Assembly (NCBI GenBank): GCA_964252075.1
Contig: CAXULY010000075.1
Location: forward strand, 1-14,930
Direction: 5' to 3'
Length of the DNA stretch: 14,930 nucleotides
Source of the DNA: an uncultured Deinococcaceae bacterium
GTDB taxonomy: Bacteria; Deinococcota; Deinococci; Deinococcales; Deinococcaceae
A program made the position numbers and the translations under genes. Below the pieces are notes generated by a model. It was given only the letters and a program-made list of their open reading frames with translations. It did no database searches and had not been told where the DNA came from. Shown here piece after piece: positions 7,296 to 14,930 of this stretch (its first letter is position 1; each line of letters opens with the position of its first letter).

Positions 7296-7372
7296 AGGCC
7301 TTGAGTTCGGCCCGGTCGAGCGGCGCGCTCCAAACGCGAAGGTCGCAGGTCCGAATCCTGCATGGCCCGCCA
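7296..7372 (+). tRNA. tRNA-Trp(CCA), degenerate / probable pseudo-tRNA
   Basis: D stem GTTC/GAGC; anticodon loop CT-CCA-AA (7330-7332); T arm GCAGG-TCCGAAT-CCTGC; 3' GCCA. G at position 8, C at 55 and two acceptor mismatches. Confidence 0.8.
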
Positions 7373-7541
7373 AAGATGAGGGATGTCCCCGGCGTTGGCC
7401 AATCCTCCTCGCTCCCCCAGTCCCAGAGACCTGCATGGGCACGCGGGTGCGCGGCCCGCCCCCATGACGGTCCCCAACCAGGATGCAGAGGACGTCATGA
7501 CCCCCTATGCGCCGTCGATGACTGCTCCGGCCCAAGTGGAT

Positions 7542-8054
7542 TCAGGTCCGCCTCCACAGGTCGAACGCCCAATCGTGACACCGCATGGTGTGCCCTGGTG
7601 GGTACTCAAAGGCGGTTTCGCCGCGCCACTCAAAGCCCGCTTTCCGGCACAGGGCGTTCGAGGCGGCGTTCTCGGTGCCTGGGAAGGCATGGAGCCAGCG
7701 CAGCGGGCTGTCCGTGCGGGCACGGTGGATTGCCGCTTGCAGGGCGCGTCCGGCCACACCCTGACCCTGGAACTCCGGCAGCACGCTCCAGCCGGTCTCC
7801 AGCACCTGCTGCTCCTGCCACATCCTGCCCCAGTACCCCACCGAGCCCATAGGGGTGCCGCCCAACAGCACCACGAACATGCGGTCCGGCGCTGAGAGTG
7901 TCTGGTAGCGGTGGTGGCGGTGGGCCAGCTGTTCCGGGGTTTCCGGACCGCCCAGATGCTCGGTCATGCTGGGGTCGCCCAACAGTCGCGTGAGCAGGGG
8001 CAGGTCGCCCTCGGCCCAGGACCTCAGGGTGACTGCAGCGAGTTCGTCTGCCAC
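7542..8054 (-). CDS. GNAT acetyltransferase, RimJ/RimL type
   Basis: Motifs ETGWSVLPEFQGQGVA and ENAASNALCRKAGF. Confidence 0.92.
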   Translation of the reverse strand: MADELAAVTLRSWAEGDLPLLTRLLGDPSMTEHLGGPETPEQLAHRHHRYQTLSAPDRMFVVLLGGTPMGSVGYWGRMWQEQQVLETGWSVLPEFQGQGVAGRALQAAIHRARTDSPLRWLHAFPGTENAASNALCRKAGFEWRGETAFEYPPGHTMRCHDWAFDLWRRT

Positions 8055-8283
8055 GCCTCAGTCCTCACCCGCGTCGAGCCGGTCCCGAAAGGCGATGTGC
8101 AAGGAACAGGACGATGGCTTGGATGCCGGGACGGGGCTCGTGCACGAAGCTGGTGCGGTCCGCATGCCCGTATGGTGTCACGCGCTTCGCGGCACGGCGC
8201 CGGGGTCAACTCCACTGAAGCAGCCTTGCATCGTCCACGACCAGTCCGCCCGCGCGAAGCGGGCTCATTGTCGACGCAGGGGG

Positions 8284-9069
8284 TCAGCACGCCCCAACGG
8301 CACACGCACTGGAGGCCGTCAGGGTGGTGCCCTCCAGGGCGTCACGGGCGCGCTGACCGCCCTCCCGCACCGCGGGACTGGGATGGTCGTACAAGAAGCG
8401 CACGCCGGTGTCCCAGTTGAAGGCGTCCGCGTAAAACCCGAGCGCCGCGCGGACCACGTCCATCCCCGAATGGTCAAGGAGGGTCGCGGGCGCCGGCGAC
8501 GCCCCATTCGTGTCACGGGGGTTGACCTGCAGGACGCAGGCGTCCGCGAACGCCGGGAGGACCTTCCGGCCGCGCGCGCTGTCGTCGTCCCCGCCCTGCG
8601 ACCAGCACTCCGCGCCGAAATGCACGAACCCGAGGTGGTCCAGATTGCCGTCTTCGTCCACCCCACCGAAACCCCACAGCTTGATGCGCGCGACGGCCAG
8701 CATCGCCCGGAAGCGCTGGGCGTCCCGCTAGTCCTGCTGGAGGCGCGCCGCCAGACTGCCGGGCTCGCCGACGTCCGCGAGCGCACGCCGCAGGACCTTC
8801 AGCGCCTCGTCCAGCTGCGGGTGCCGCTCCGGAAGCGCATCGAGGGCGTCCAGGGCACCCACCAGGCGCTGGCGCTCGTCTGACCACGCCTCCAACGCAC
8901 GCAGCGCGTCGAGCATCAGGGGCAACGGGGCGGGCAGGTACACCTCGTGGCCGTCCGGTGGGAGGTCCGGCATCCAGCGCGCCTCCTCCTCTATGGCGAC
9001 CGCGGTCAGGTCCAGTAACTGGTCGATCAGCGCGGCGAGGTCGAGCGGCCGCTTCGGTTCGGTGGTCAT
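8284..9069 (-). pseudogene. Phage-like hypothetical gene interrupted by one in-frame TAG (8728-8730)
   Basis: ORFs 8728-9069 and 8284-8703 are in the same frame: ...LQQD*RDAQRFRAMLAVARIKLW... Confidence 0.6.
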
Positions 9070-9208
9070 GGGTGCACGCCCAGTTCCGCGAGGATCTCCG
9101 CCTCGCTGTAGATGCGGGGGGGGGCGCCGGCCGGTCATGGCGCAGCAGGCGCACGACGCAACCGATCAGGAGCAGCACGCCCAGCGCGCCATTGAAGGCC
9201 AGCCAGCC
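9028..9208 (+). repeat. Imperfect direct repeat, copy 1 (181 bp)
   Basis: Colinear with 12485-12663; shared blocks include GGTTCGGTGGTCATGGGTGCACGCCCAG and TCCGCGAGGATCTCCGCCTCGCTGTAGATGCGGG. Confidence 0.92.
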
Positions 9209-9235
9209 CCAGAACACCGCGCTCAGCGTCGGCAC
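9066..9235 (-). pseudogene. Small single-pass membrane protein frameshifted in a G9 run
   Basis: VPTLSAVFWGWLAFNGALGVLLLIGCVVRLL... joins RIYSEAEILAELGVHP* (ATGA overlap with next gene) only after a frameshift at 9116-9124; copy 2 is in frame at this point. Confidence 0.65.
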
Positions 9236-9344
9236 CGCATCCTTCGAATCCGTTCCACGTGCGGCACCCCCAGCGCCTGTTCTGCGCCCGTGCGGGGGTT
9301 GCGGGTGATCACCGGCGTGAAGCCCTGGATCGCAAGGCGCTGAA

Positions 9345-10331
9345 TCAGCGTCGCTGCCGTTTGGCGCCACGGTCTTGATCGAAGGTCGTCTCCGGAATCG
9401 CCTGGAGCGCCCTGCGTTGCCCAGGCGTGAGGAGCTCTGTGGTGGACAGGCCATAGTGCGCCTCTCCCACCTGCTGAAGCGTCAGCGGGTCAAGCCATGC
9501 CGAGTGGGTTTCAAGCTCATGGAGCGCCCGCGTGACCCGCTCAGGCCACCACGTCAAGGACGCGCCCAGTTGCTCGGTGGTCAGCGGCGTCTTGGCGTGG
9601 AGGAGGGCCGCAATGATGGTCTTGGCGTCGCGGCTCAGCCCCCCTGAGGGCCCGACCTCGGCACCGGCCATATCCAGACCGAGGTGAGCGAAGAACTCCC
9701 CGGTCTGGCGAAGGCGAATTCCGGCTGGTGTCGCCGCACCCAGGATGTTGACCCCACCTCGCGCGGCCGCGGCCCAGTCGGTGTTCTTCTTCGCGCTGGC
9801 CAGCCAGGCGCGCATCCAGACATCGTCGTCCACGGCATAGCGCTCCCTGCGGCGGTCCGTGCGTTCCCGCCGGATCAGGTGCAGCGCTTCGAGCAGCCCG
9901 ACGGCTTTGGAGATCGAGGCTGGACTGACGCGAAGTCGCTGAACAAGTTCAGCGGTGGAGAGCGTGCCCGTGTCTGTGATAAACAGGTGCACCAGCACCC
10001 GGGACGCCATGCGCGGCAGACCCGTTTGTGTGAGGAGGGCGGCGAAGTGCTCAGCGAAGTCAAGGACGGCCCGGCCATCCCGTCCCCCGGTCTCGAAAAG
10101 GTGGGTTCGTCTGGTGGACGAGGGGTGTTTGCGTCGGCGGACACGCTCTTGTGTCGCCCCCTGGGCCTGCTCGGCGCCGTAATCGCCAGCACCGCCGTTG
10201 CGGCTCACTTCTCGACTGACGGTTGAGGTGGGTCGGCGCAACTGCCGGGCGATCTCGGCGTAACTCCGACCCTCCGACAGGCCGTGCGCGATCTGTTGGC
10301 GTTCGCTTGCATTCAATCGTCCTCCGGGCAC
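9345..10331 (-). CDS. Transcriptional regulator: N-terminal HTH_38-like domain plus MarR/GbsR-like wHTH
   Basis: SYAEIARQLRRPTSTVSREVSRNGG; GLPRMASRVL...LRVSPASISKAVGLLE; no DDE domain; divergent from the ABC operon. Confidence 0.88.
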   Translation of the reverse strand: MPGGRLNASERQQIAHGLSEGRSYAEIARQLRRPTSTVSREVSRNGGAGDYGAEQAQGATQERVRRRKHPSSTRRTHLFETGGRDGRAVLDFAEHFAALLTQTGLPRMASRVLVHLFITDTGTLSTAELVQRLRVSPASISKAVGLLEALHLIRRERTDRRRERYAVDDDVWMRAWLASAKKNTDWAAAARGGVNILGAATPAGIRLRQTGEFFAHLGLDMAGAEVGPSGGLSRDAKTIIAALLHAKTPLTTEQLGASLTWWPERVTRALHELETHSAWLDPLTLQQVGEAHYGLSTTELLTPGQRRALQAIPETTFDQDRGAKRQRR

Positions 10332-10375
10332 GGCGACCTCCCTTTGTGGCTGGCCTTCTGGTTGTTCAGCGTCTG

Positions 10376-10516
10376 TTGCAACGCATCAACCATTGCAACG
10401 ACTCCCCGGACCGTTGCATCCGCTGGGGACAAAGTGCTATGGCTGCACCAGCGCATGAAATTAATCCATTTGATCATTGCAAACGTTGAGGAACAACGAA
10501 ATGCAACGTAGCATTT
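10376..10516. promoter_or_regulatory. TGCAACG motif cluster, putative operators in the divergent promoter
   Basis: TGCAACG at 10377, 10394, 10502 and inverted CGTTGCA at 10412; AAATGC-aacgta-GCATTT at 10499-10516. Confidence 0.6.
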
Positions 10517-10532
10517 ACAGCGAGATGAATCC

Positions 10533-11456
10533 ATGAACGAGCAAGCAGGTGGTCACGCGCGCCATGGGCTCGCCCTTGACGTCGAGGGGCTCTCCATGCG
10601 GTACGACACGCGGGACATCCTCCACGAGGTGAGCTTTCGTGCACAGCGGGGAGAAGTGCTGGCGCTCCTCGGCCCCAACGGTGCGGGCAAAACCACCACC
10701 ATGGAAATTCTGGAAGGTTTCCGCAAACGTTCTGCGGGTCACGTCCAGGTGCTGGGTCGTGATCCCGCACACGGCGACGACCGCTGGCGCGCCCGCTTCG
10801 GCCTCGTGTTGCAGACGTGGCGTGACCACGGCAAGTGGCGGGTGCGCGAATTCCTGGCGTACCAGGGCGGCTTCTACACCCGGTACGCCACCGCCGACGC
10901 CCCACGCCCCTGGGATGTGGATGGGTTGCTGGCCGCGGTGGATTTGACGGCCCACGCGGACCGGCAGGTCAGAACGCTCTCCGGTGGGCAGCGCAGGCGG
11001 CTGGACCTCGCCGTCGGCCTGGTGGGTTGCCCTGAACTGCTGTTTCTCGATGAACCCACCGCCGGCCTCGACCCAGAAGCGCGCCGGGATTTCCACGCGC
11101 TCGTCCGGAAGGTGTCCGATGAGCGGCGCACCACCATCCTGATGACCACGCACGATCTCGACGAAGCCGGCCGGCTCGCCGACCGGATTCTCGTGCTGAG
11201 TGGCGGACGCCTCATCGCCAGCGGCACCCCGGGGGAGTTGACCCGGCAGATGGCGGGGGCAGACACCGTGTCCTGGGTTCAGGGAGGAGTGCGCTTGGTG
11301 CAGCGCACCACCGAGTCCACCCGCTTCGTGCGGGCCTTGTTCGACCAATTCGGTGACGAGGTGACGGAACTGGACGTGCGGCGCGCCTCGCTGGAGGACG
11401 CTTACCTGGCGCTGGTGCGCCAGGCCGCGGAGCAGGGCGGGCAGGAGGTGGCCTGA
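10533..11456 (+). CDS. ABC-2 type exporter ATP-binding protein (DrrA-like)
   Basis: Walker A GPNGAGKTT, signature LSGGQ, Walker B LLFLDEPT, H-loop TTHD. Confidence 0.96.
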   Translation: MNEQAGGHARHGLALDVEGLSMRYDTRDILHEVSFRAQRGEVLALLGPNGAGKTTTMEILEGFRKRSAGHVQVLGRDPAHGDDRWRARFGLVLQTWRDHGKWRVREFLAYQGGFYTRYATADAPRPWDVDGLLAAVDLTAHADRQVRTLSGGQRRRLDLAVGLVGCPELLFLDEPTAGLDPEARRDFHALVRKVSDERRTTILMTTHDLDEAGRLADRILVLSGGRLIASGTPGELTRQMAGADTVSWVQGGVRLVQRTTESTRFVRALFDQFGDEVTELDVRRASLEDAYLALVRQAAEQGGQEVA

Positions 11457-12295
11457 TGAGGAAGCGCGTTGCCGTCCACTCCGGACTCACGCAAGGGTGG
11501 ACCGAGTTTCGCCAGGCGTTCTCGGGCGTGGAACTGCCCGGGCAACTGTTCTGGCCCGTGGTGACGCTCACCGCCCTGTTCCTCCTGCGGCACCGGACGT
11601 ATGGTCACAGTGGATTCACGCTCGGCGCGTTGATGCTGCCGGGCGTCCTGGGGATGCAGGTGGCCTTTGGCATGTTTCTGGTCGTGCAGGCCCTGGCGGC
11701 GGACCGTGAGGACGGCACCCTGCTGCGCGCGAAAGCCACGCCGGACGGAATGCGCGGTTATGTCATCGGGAAGCTGCTGACGACCTCGCTGACCGTGCTG
11801 GCGTACCTGATCATCCTTCTGCTGCCTGGCCTGCTGATGTTTCCCAGCCTGGCCGTGGCCCACTGGGGTGCCTGGTTGACGCTGGCCTGGGTCCTGGTGC
11901 TGGGGTTGGTGGCCACGCAGTCCATCGGCTTCGTGCTGGGCGCCCTCGTCAAGAGTGCCCAAGGCGTGGGCGTGCTGTCGCTGCCGATGATGGCGCTCAT
12001 TGGCATGTCGGGCGTGTTCTATCCGCTGGCGGCGCTGCCGGTCTGGGTGCAGTGGGTGGCCCAGACCTTCCCGGTGTATTGGCTGGGGCTGGGGATGCGT
12101 TCAGCGTTGCTGCCCGCCAGCGCCGCAGCCATTGAGATCGGCGGTTCCTGGCGGGCCCTGGAGACGCTGGGCGTCCTTGGGCTCTGGGCGGTGGCCGGAC
12201 TGTTCCTGGCGCCCAGGCTGCTCAGTCGAATGACGCGCCGCGAATCCGGTGCTGCGTTGGAGCAGCGGCAGGCCGCGGTCAAACGGCGGAGTTGA
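11456..12295 (+). CDS. ABC-2 type exporter permease
   Basis: About six hydrophobic segments; DREDGTLLR, SGVFYPL and FPVYW motifs; coupled to the ATPase. Confidence 0.94.
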   Translation: MRKRVAVHSGLTQGWTEFRQAFSGVELPGQLFWPVVTLTALFLLRHRTYGHSGFTLGALMLPGVLGMQVAFGMFLVVQALAADREDGTLLRAKATPDGMRGYVIGKLLTTSLTVLAYLIILLLPGLLMFPSLAVAHWGAWLTLAWVLVLGLVATQSIGFVLGALVKSAQGVGVLSLPMMALIGMSGVFYPLAALPVWVQWVAQTFPVYWLGLGMRSALLPASAAAIEIGGSWRALETLGVLGLWAVAGLFLAPRLLSRMTRRESGAALEQRQAAVKRRS

Positions 12296-12484
12296 AGGCG
12301 AGGAGTGCCGGATGGCCTTGTGATGACGGCACCCACGCCGATACCGACCCCAAGACCGTCTGGAAGGCCGCAGCAGACACCAGAAGGGCCGACAGGGCAG
12401 GAGAGCGCCTTCTCTGCCATCAGCGGGTGAAGTCACTTCACGCTTCGTTCGGGCGTTCTTGGTGTGGGCTTGCGGGTGGGTAAC

Positions 12485-12663
12485 CAGCGCGGCGAGGTCG
12501 GGCGGCCGCGTGGGTTCGGTGGTCATGGGTGCACGCCCAGGTCCGCGAGGATCTCCGCCTCGCTGTAGATGCGGGTGGGCTGGGGGCGCTCACGCCGCAC
12601 CAGGCGCACGACACCACCGATCAGGCGCAGCACGCCCAGCGCGCCGTTGAAGGCCAGCCAGCC
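12485..12663 (+). repeat. Imperfect direct repeat, copy 2 (179 bp)
   Basis: Colinear with 9028-9208. Confidence 0.92.
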
Positions 12664-12680
12664 TTACAGCACGGCGCCTA
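12523..12680 (-). pseudogene. Second, nonsense-mutated copy of the small membrane protein gene
   Basis: L*GWLAFNGALGVLRLIGGVVRLVRRERPQPTRIYSEAEILADLGVHP*; TAA (12664-12666) replaces TGG of copy 1. Confidence 0.65.
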
Positions 12681-12867
12681 CCGAGCGGCAAGCCCGATGT
12701 AATGTGGGCAAGAAGCGCCCAGCCTTTCCAACTCTTTGACCCAATCCCCGCAAAGTCACGGCGCCCGAACGCCGGCCGATCACCCCGCTGGCGCGCGTCC
12801 AGGCGGCGCGCGCGGAGAAGCGCACCTCAAGTGGGCCGCGCAGACGGTGGGCACCGAGAGGAGCCCC

Positions 12868-13620
12868 ATGACCGAAGCACCCAACCCCTACCGCTTTTAT
12901 GGTGAGCTGGCCCGCTGGTGGCCGCTGATCTCACCCGTCGCCGATTACGAGGAAGAAGCCGGTTACGTGGCCTCGCTGCTCCTGGCGCACCCACGGCCTG
13001 TGCGTGAAGTGCTGGAGCTCGGCAGCGGTGGGGGGCACAACGCCTGGCACCTGAAACAGCGCTTCCAGTTGACCCTGACGGACCTCTCCTCCGACATGCT
13101 GGCCGCGTCCCAGCGGCTCAACCCGGACCTCGAACACCTCCAGGGCGACATGCGCGCCCTGCGGCTGGACCGTCAATTTGACGCGGTGTTCGTGCACGAC
13201 GCGGTGGACTACATGACCACCCGGGCCGACCTGACCCTCGCCCTCCGGACGGCCTTTCACCACTGCCGCCCAGGCGGCCTCGCGGTGTTCGTGCCGGACG
13301 ACACCCGCGAAACGATTGAGGAACACACCTCCCTCGACGAGCAGGACGCGCCCGACGGGCGGGCGGTGCGCTTCATGACCTGGACCTGGGACCCCGACCC
13401 GAACGACGACGCGGTGCGCACCGAGTACAGCTTCCTGCTGCGCGACGAGACGGGGACGGTCCGCGCCGTGCACGAGACGCACCACCTGGGGGTGTTTCCC
13501 CGCCAGGTGTGGCTGGACCTGCTCACCCAGGTGGGCTTCGAGGCGGGCGCGGTGCTGGAGGACACCACCGAGGACCGCCCGCCCCGCACGGTGTTCCTCG
13601 CCGTGCGCCCGACCGCGTGA
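12868..13620 (+). CDS. Class I SAM-dependent methyltransferase
   Basis: ATG 12868 after GAGGAG; motifs VLELGSGGG, DLSSDML, QGDMR, FDAVF, RPGG. Confidence 0.93.
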   Translation: MTEAPNPYRFYGELARWWPLISPVADYEEEAGYVASLLLAHPRPVREVLELGSGGGHNAWHLKQRFQLTLTDLSSDMLAASQRLNPDLEHLQGDMRALRLDRQFDAVFVHDAVDYMTTRADLTLALRTAFHHCRPGGLAVFVPDDTRETIEEHTSLDEQDAPDGRAVRFMTWTWDPDPNDDAVRTEYSFLLRDETGTVRAVHETHHLGVFPRQVWLDLLTQVGFEAGAVLEDTTEDRPPRTVFLAVRPTA

Positions 13621-13943
13621 GGCTCAGGCGGCTGAAGCAGGCGATCATGGGGGCTATGTCCCGCACCGAATGGTCCATAGAGTCCATCGCCGCGCGAGGA
13701 ACGTGGCCGGGTTCACGCCTGGTGCCTGAGGTCTTTGGTGTCGCGGTGCGCTGGCCAGGTCGCGGCGGGCGGGTGGCTGTGCACGCTGGGCATGGACGTC
13801 CAGCGGTGCTCGACGGGCACACGGATCACGAGGTGGAGTGCGGAAGGGCGTTCAGGGTGGTGTGGGTGCGCTTCCCCATACTCCCGCGCGGTGGGTCTGG
13901 GGTGCTGACCAGCCGCGTTCCTTGACCTGAACGGGGTGGGCCC

Positions 13944-13974
13944 TTGCTCCTGACACCGTGTGAGGCGGCACACT
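13944..13974 (+). promoter_or_regulatory. MerR-type promoter with 19-bp spacer and operator dyad
   Basis: -35 TTGCTC (13944-13949), 19 bp, -10 CACACT (13969-13974); dyad CCTgACAC-c-GTGTgAGG (13949-13965); GTG start 7 nt after the -10. Confidence 0.75.
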
Positions 13975-13981
13975 GGACGGC

Positions 13982-14806
13982 GTGACGCTCAGCATCGGAT
14001 CGTTCGCTCAGCTGGCCGGCGTCTCCGTCCGGATGCTGCGGCATTATGACCGGATTCAGCTGCTGGCGCCCGCGCGCGTCGACACCGCTTCCGGCCGCCG
14101 CACCTATGACCTCGACCAGCTGGCCCTGCTCCACCGCATCCTGGCCTTGAAGGGCCTGGGCTTCACCCTGCAGGAGGTGACCGCCATCGTCCATCAGGGC
14201 CTCGCGCCCGCAGAGGTGCACGGCATGCTGCGCCTCCGCCAGGCGCACCTCGAACGGCAGGTCCACCACCATCAGCACCGCCTGAGCCGGGTGGCGGCGC
14301 GCCTCCACCTCATTGAACAGGAGCACCACATGTCCGACACCATCCACCGCAAGGCGCTGGCGCCCCTCCGACTGGCCGGGCGGGTGGGGACCGCACCGGA
14401 CGCCACCCGGGCGACCGTCGGTCGGCTGGTCGAGCAGCTCTTCACCGTCGTGGCGGACCGCATGGACGCGGTGAGCGGCGACCGCACCGACCCCATCGCC
14501 CGTTTCACGGCACCCGCCAGGCCGGAAGGGACGGTGCAGGTCACCGCAGGGTACGTGCTGACCCAGGGGGTTGTTTCGGACCTGGCGGTGCTGGACTGGC
14601 CCGCGGTGGAGGTGGCTGCGGTCATCCATCATGGTCCGGTGGTGAACATCACCGCCGCGTACCAGGCGTTGGGTTGGTGGGCGCAGGCGAACGGGCAGGC
14701 CGGCGCGCTGCAGGGTGGGGTGTGGCGCGAGGTGTACCTCGAGGCGAGCGGCGAGGATCAGGGCGACTGGATCGTGGAGGTGCAGCTGGAAATCGCGGGC
14801 GCCTGA
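13982..14806 (+). CDS. MerR family regulator with C-terminal GyrI-like effector domain (BmrR-like)
   Basis: SIGSFAQLAGVSVRMLRHYDRIQLLAP...LKGLGFTLQE; C-terminal HHGP...AYQAL...REVYLE...EVQL. Confidence 0.94.
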   Translation: MTLSIGSFAQLAGVSVRMLRHYDRIQLLAPARVDTASGRRTYDLDQLALLHRILALKGLGFTLQEVTAIVHQGLAPAEVHGMLRLRQAHLERQVHHHQHRLSRVAARLHLIEQEHHMSDTIHRKALAPLRLAGRVGTAPDATRATVGRLVEQLFTVVADRMDAVSGDRTDPIARFTAPARPEGTVQVTAGYVLTQGVVSDLAVLDWPAVEVAAVIHHGPVVNITAAYQALGWWAQANGQAGALQGGVWREVYLEASGEDQGDWIVEVQLEIAGA

Positions 14807-14930
14807 GGGCCGCGGGCCAGCAGGACCATTTGCTGGAGGTTGATGAACCAGCGGCGCGTGCCCCTCCCGCAGGTGTGACGCAGGGACGACGCCGACGATG
14901 TGCCCGGGCGTGGTGTCGTCCGGCCACAGC

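Noticed and set aside
6344..7852. 502-aa plus-strand ORF and the 340-aa minus-strand ORF over the tRNA region
   Set aside because: Low-complexity Arg/Ala/Gly/Pro shadow ORFs overlapping real genes and tRNAs.
9345..10331. IS30-family transposase
   Set aside because: Only the N-terminal HTH is similar; no DDE domain or terminal inverted repeats, and the rest is MarR/GbsR-like.
12101..12526. 141-aa ORF starting MTTEPTRPPDLAAL
   Set aside because: Only the first ~14 codons match the 9069 gene; the rest runs antisense into the permease, so it is a truncated repeat remnant.
13621..13943. Short ORFs between the methyltransferase and merR
   Set aside because: No recognisable motifs or convincing RBS; treated as non-coding or decayed.

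Overview
A high-GC (roughly 70% by eye) accessory window that looks like a plasmid or phage-plasmid; Deinococcus-like origin is an inference from short-ParA partitioning and several apparently leaderless promoters. The backbone comprises a minus-strand operon (small ORF, SRAP, hypothetical, GNAT, peptidase E-like), a short ParA plus small partner flanked by ACGT-based palindromes, several short phage-like hypothetical genes and a decayed tRNA cluster (Gln-CTG, Trp-CCA). Detox/resistance-type cargo is interleaved: DHFR/RibD-like protein, alpha/beta hydrolase with TetR, RimJ-type GNAT, HTH regulator with ABC-2 exporter, methyltransferase and MerR. The most notable non-coding structure is a repeated element (minus strand GCACACCACCY-N14-GCAA with phased GCAC repeats) at identical distance from two ATGs lacking a canonical SD, and orphaned in a third copy. 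A ~180-bp diverged direct repeat of pseudogenised backbone genes brackets the regulator/ABC cargo.
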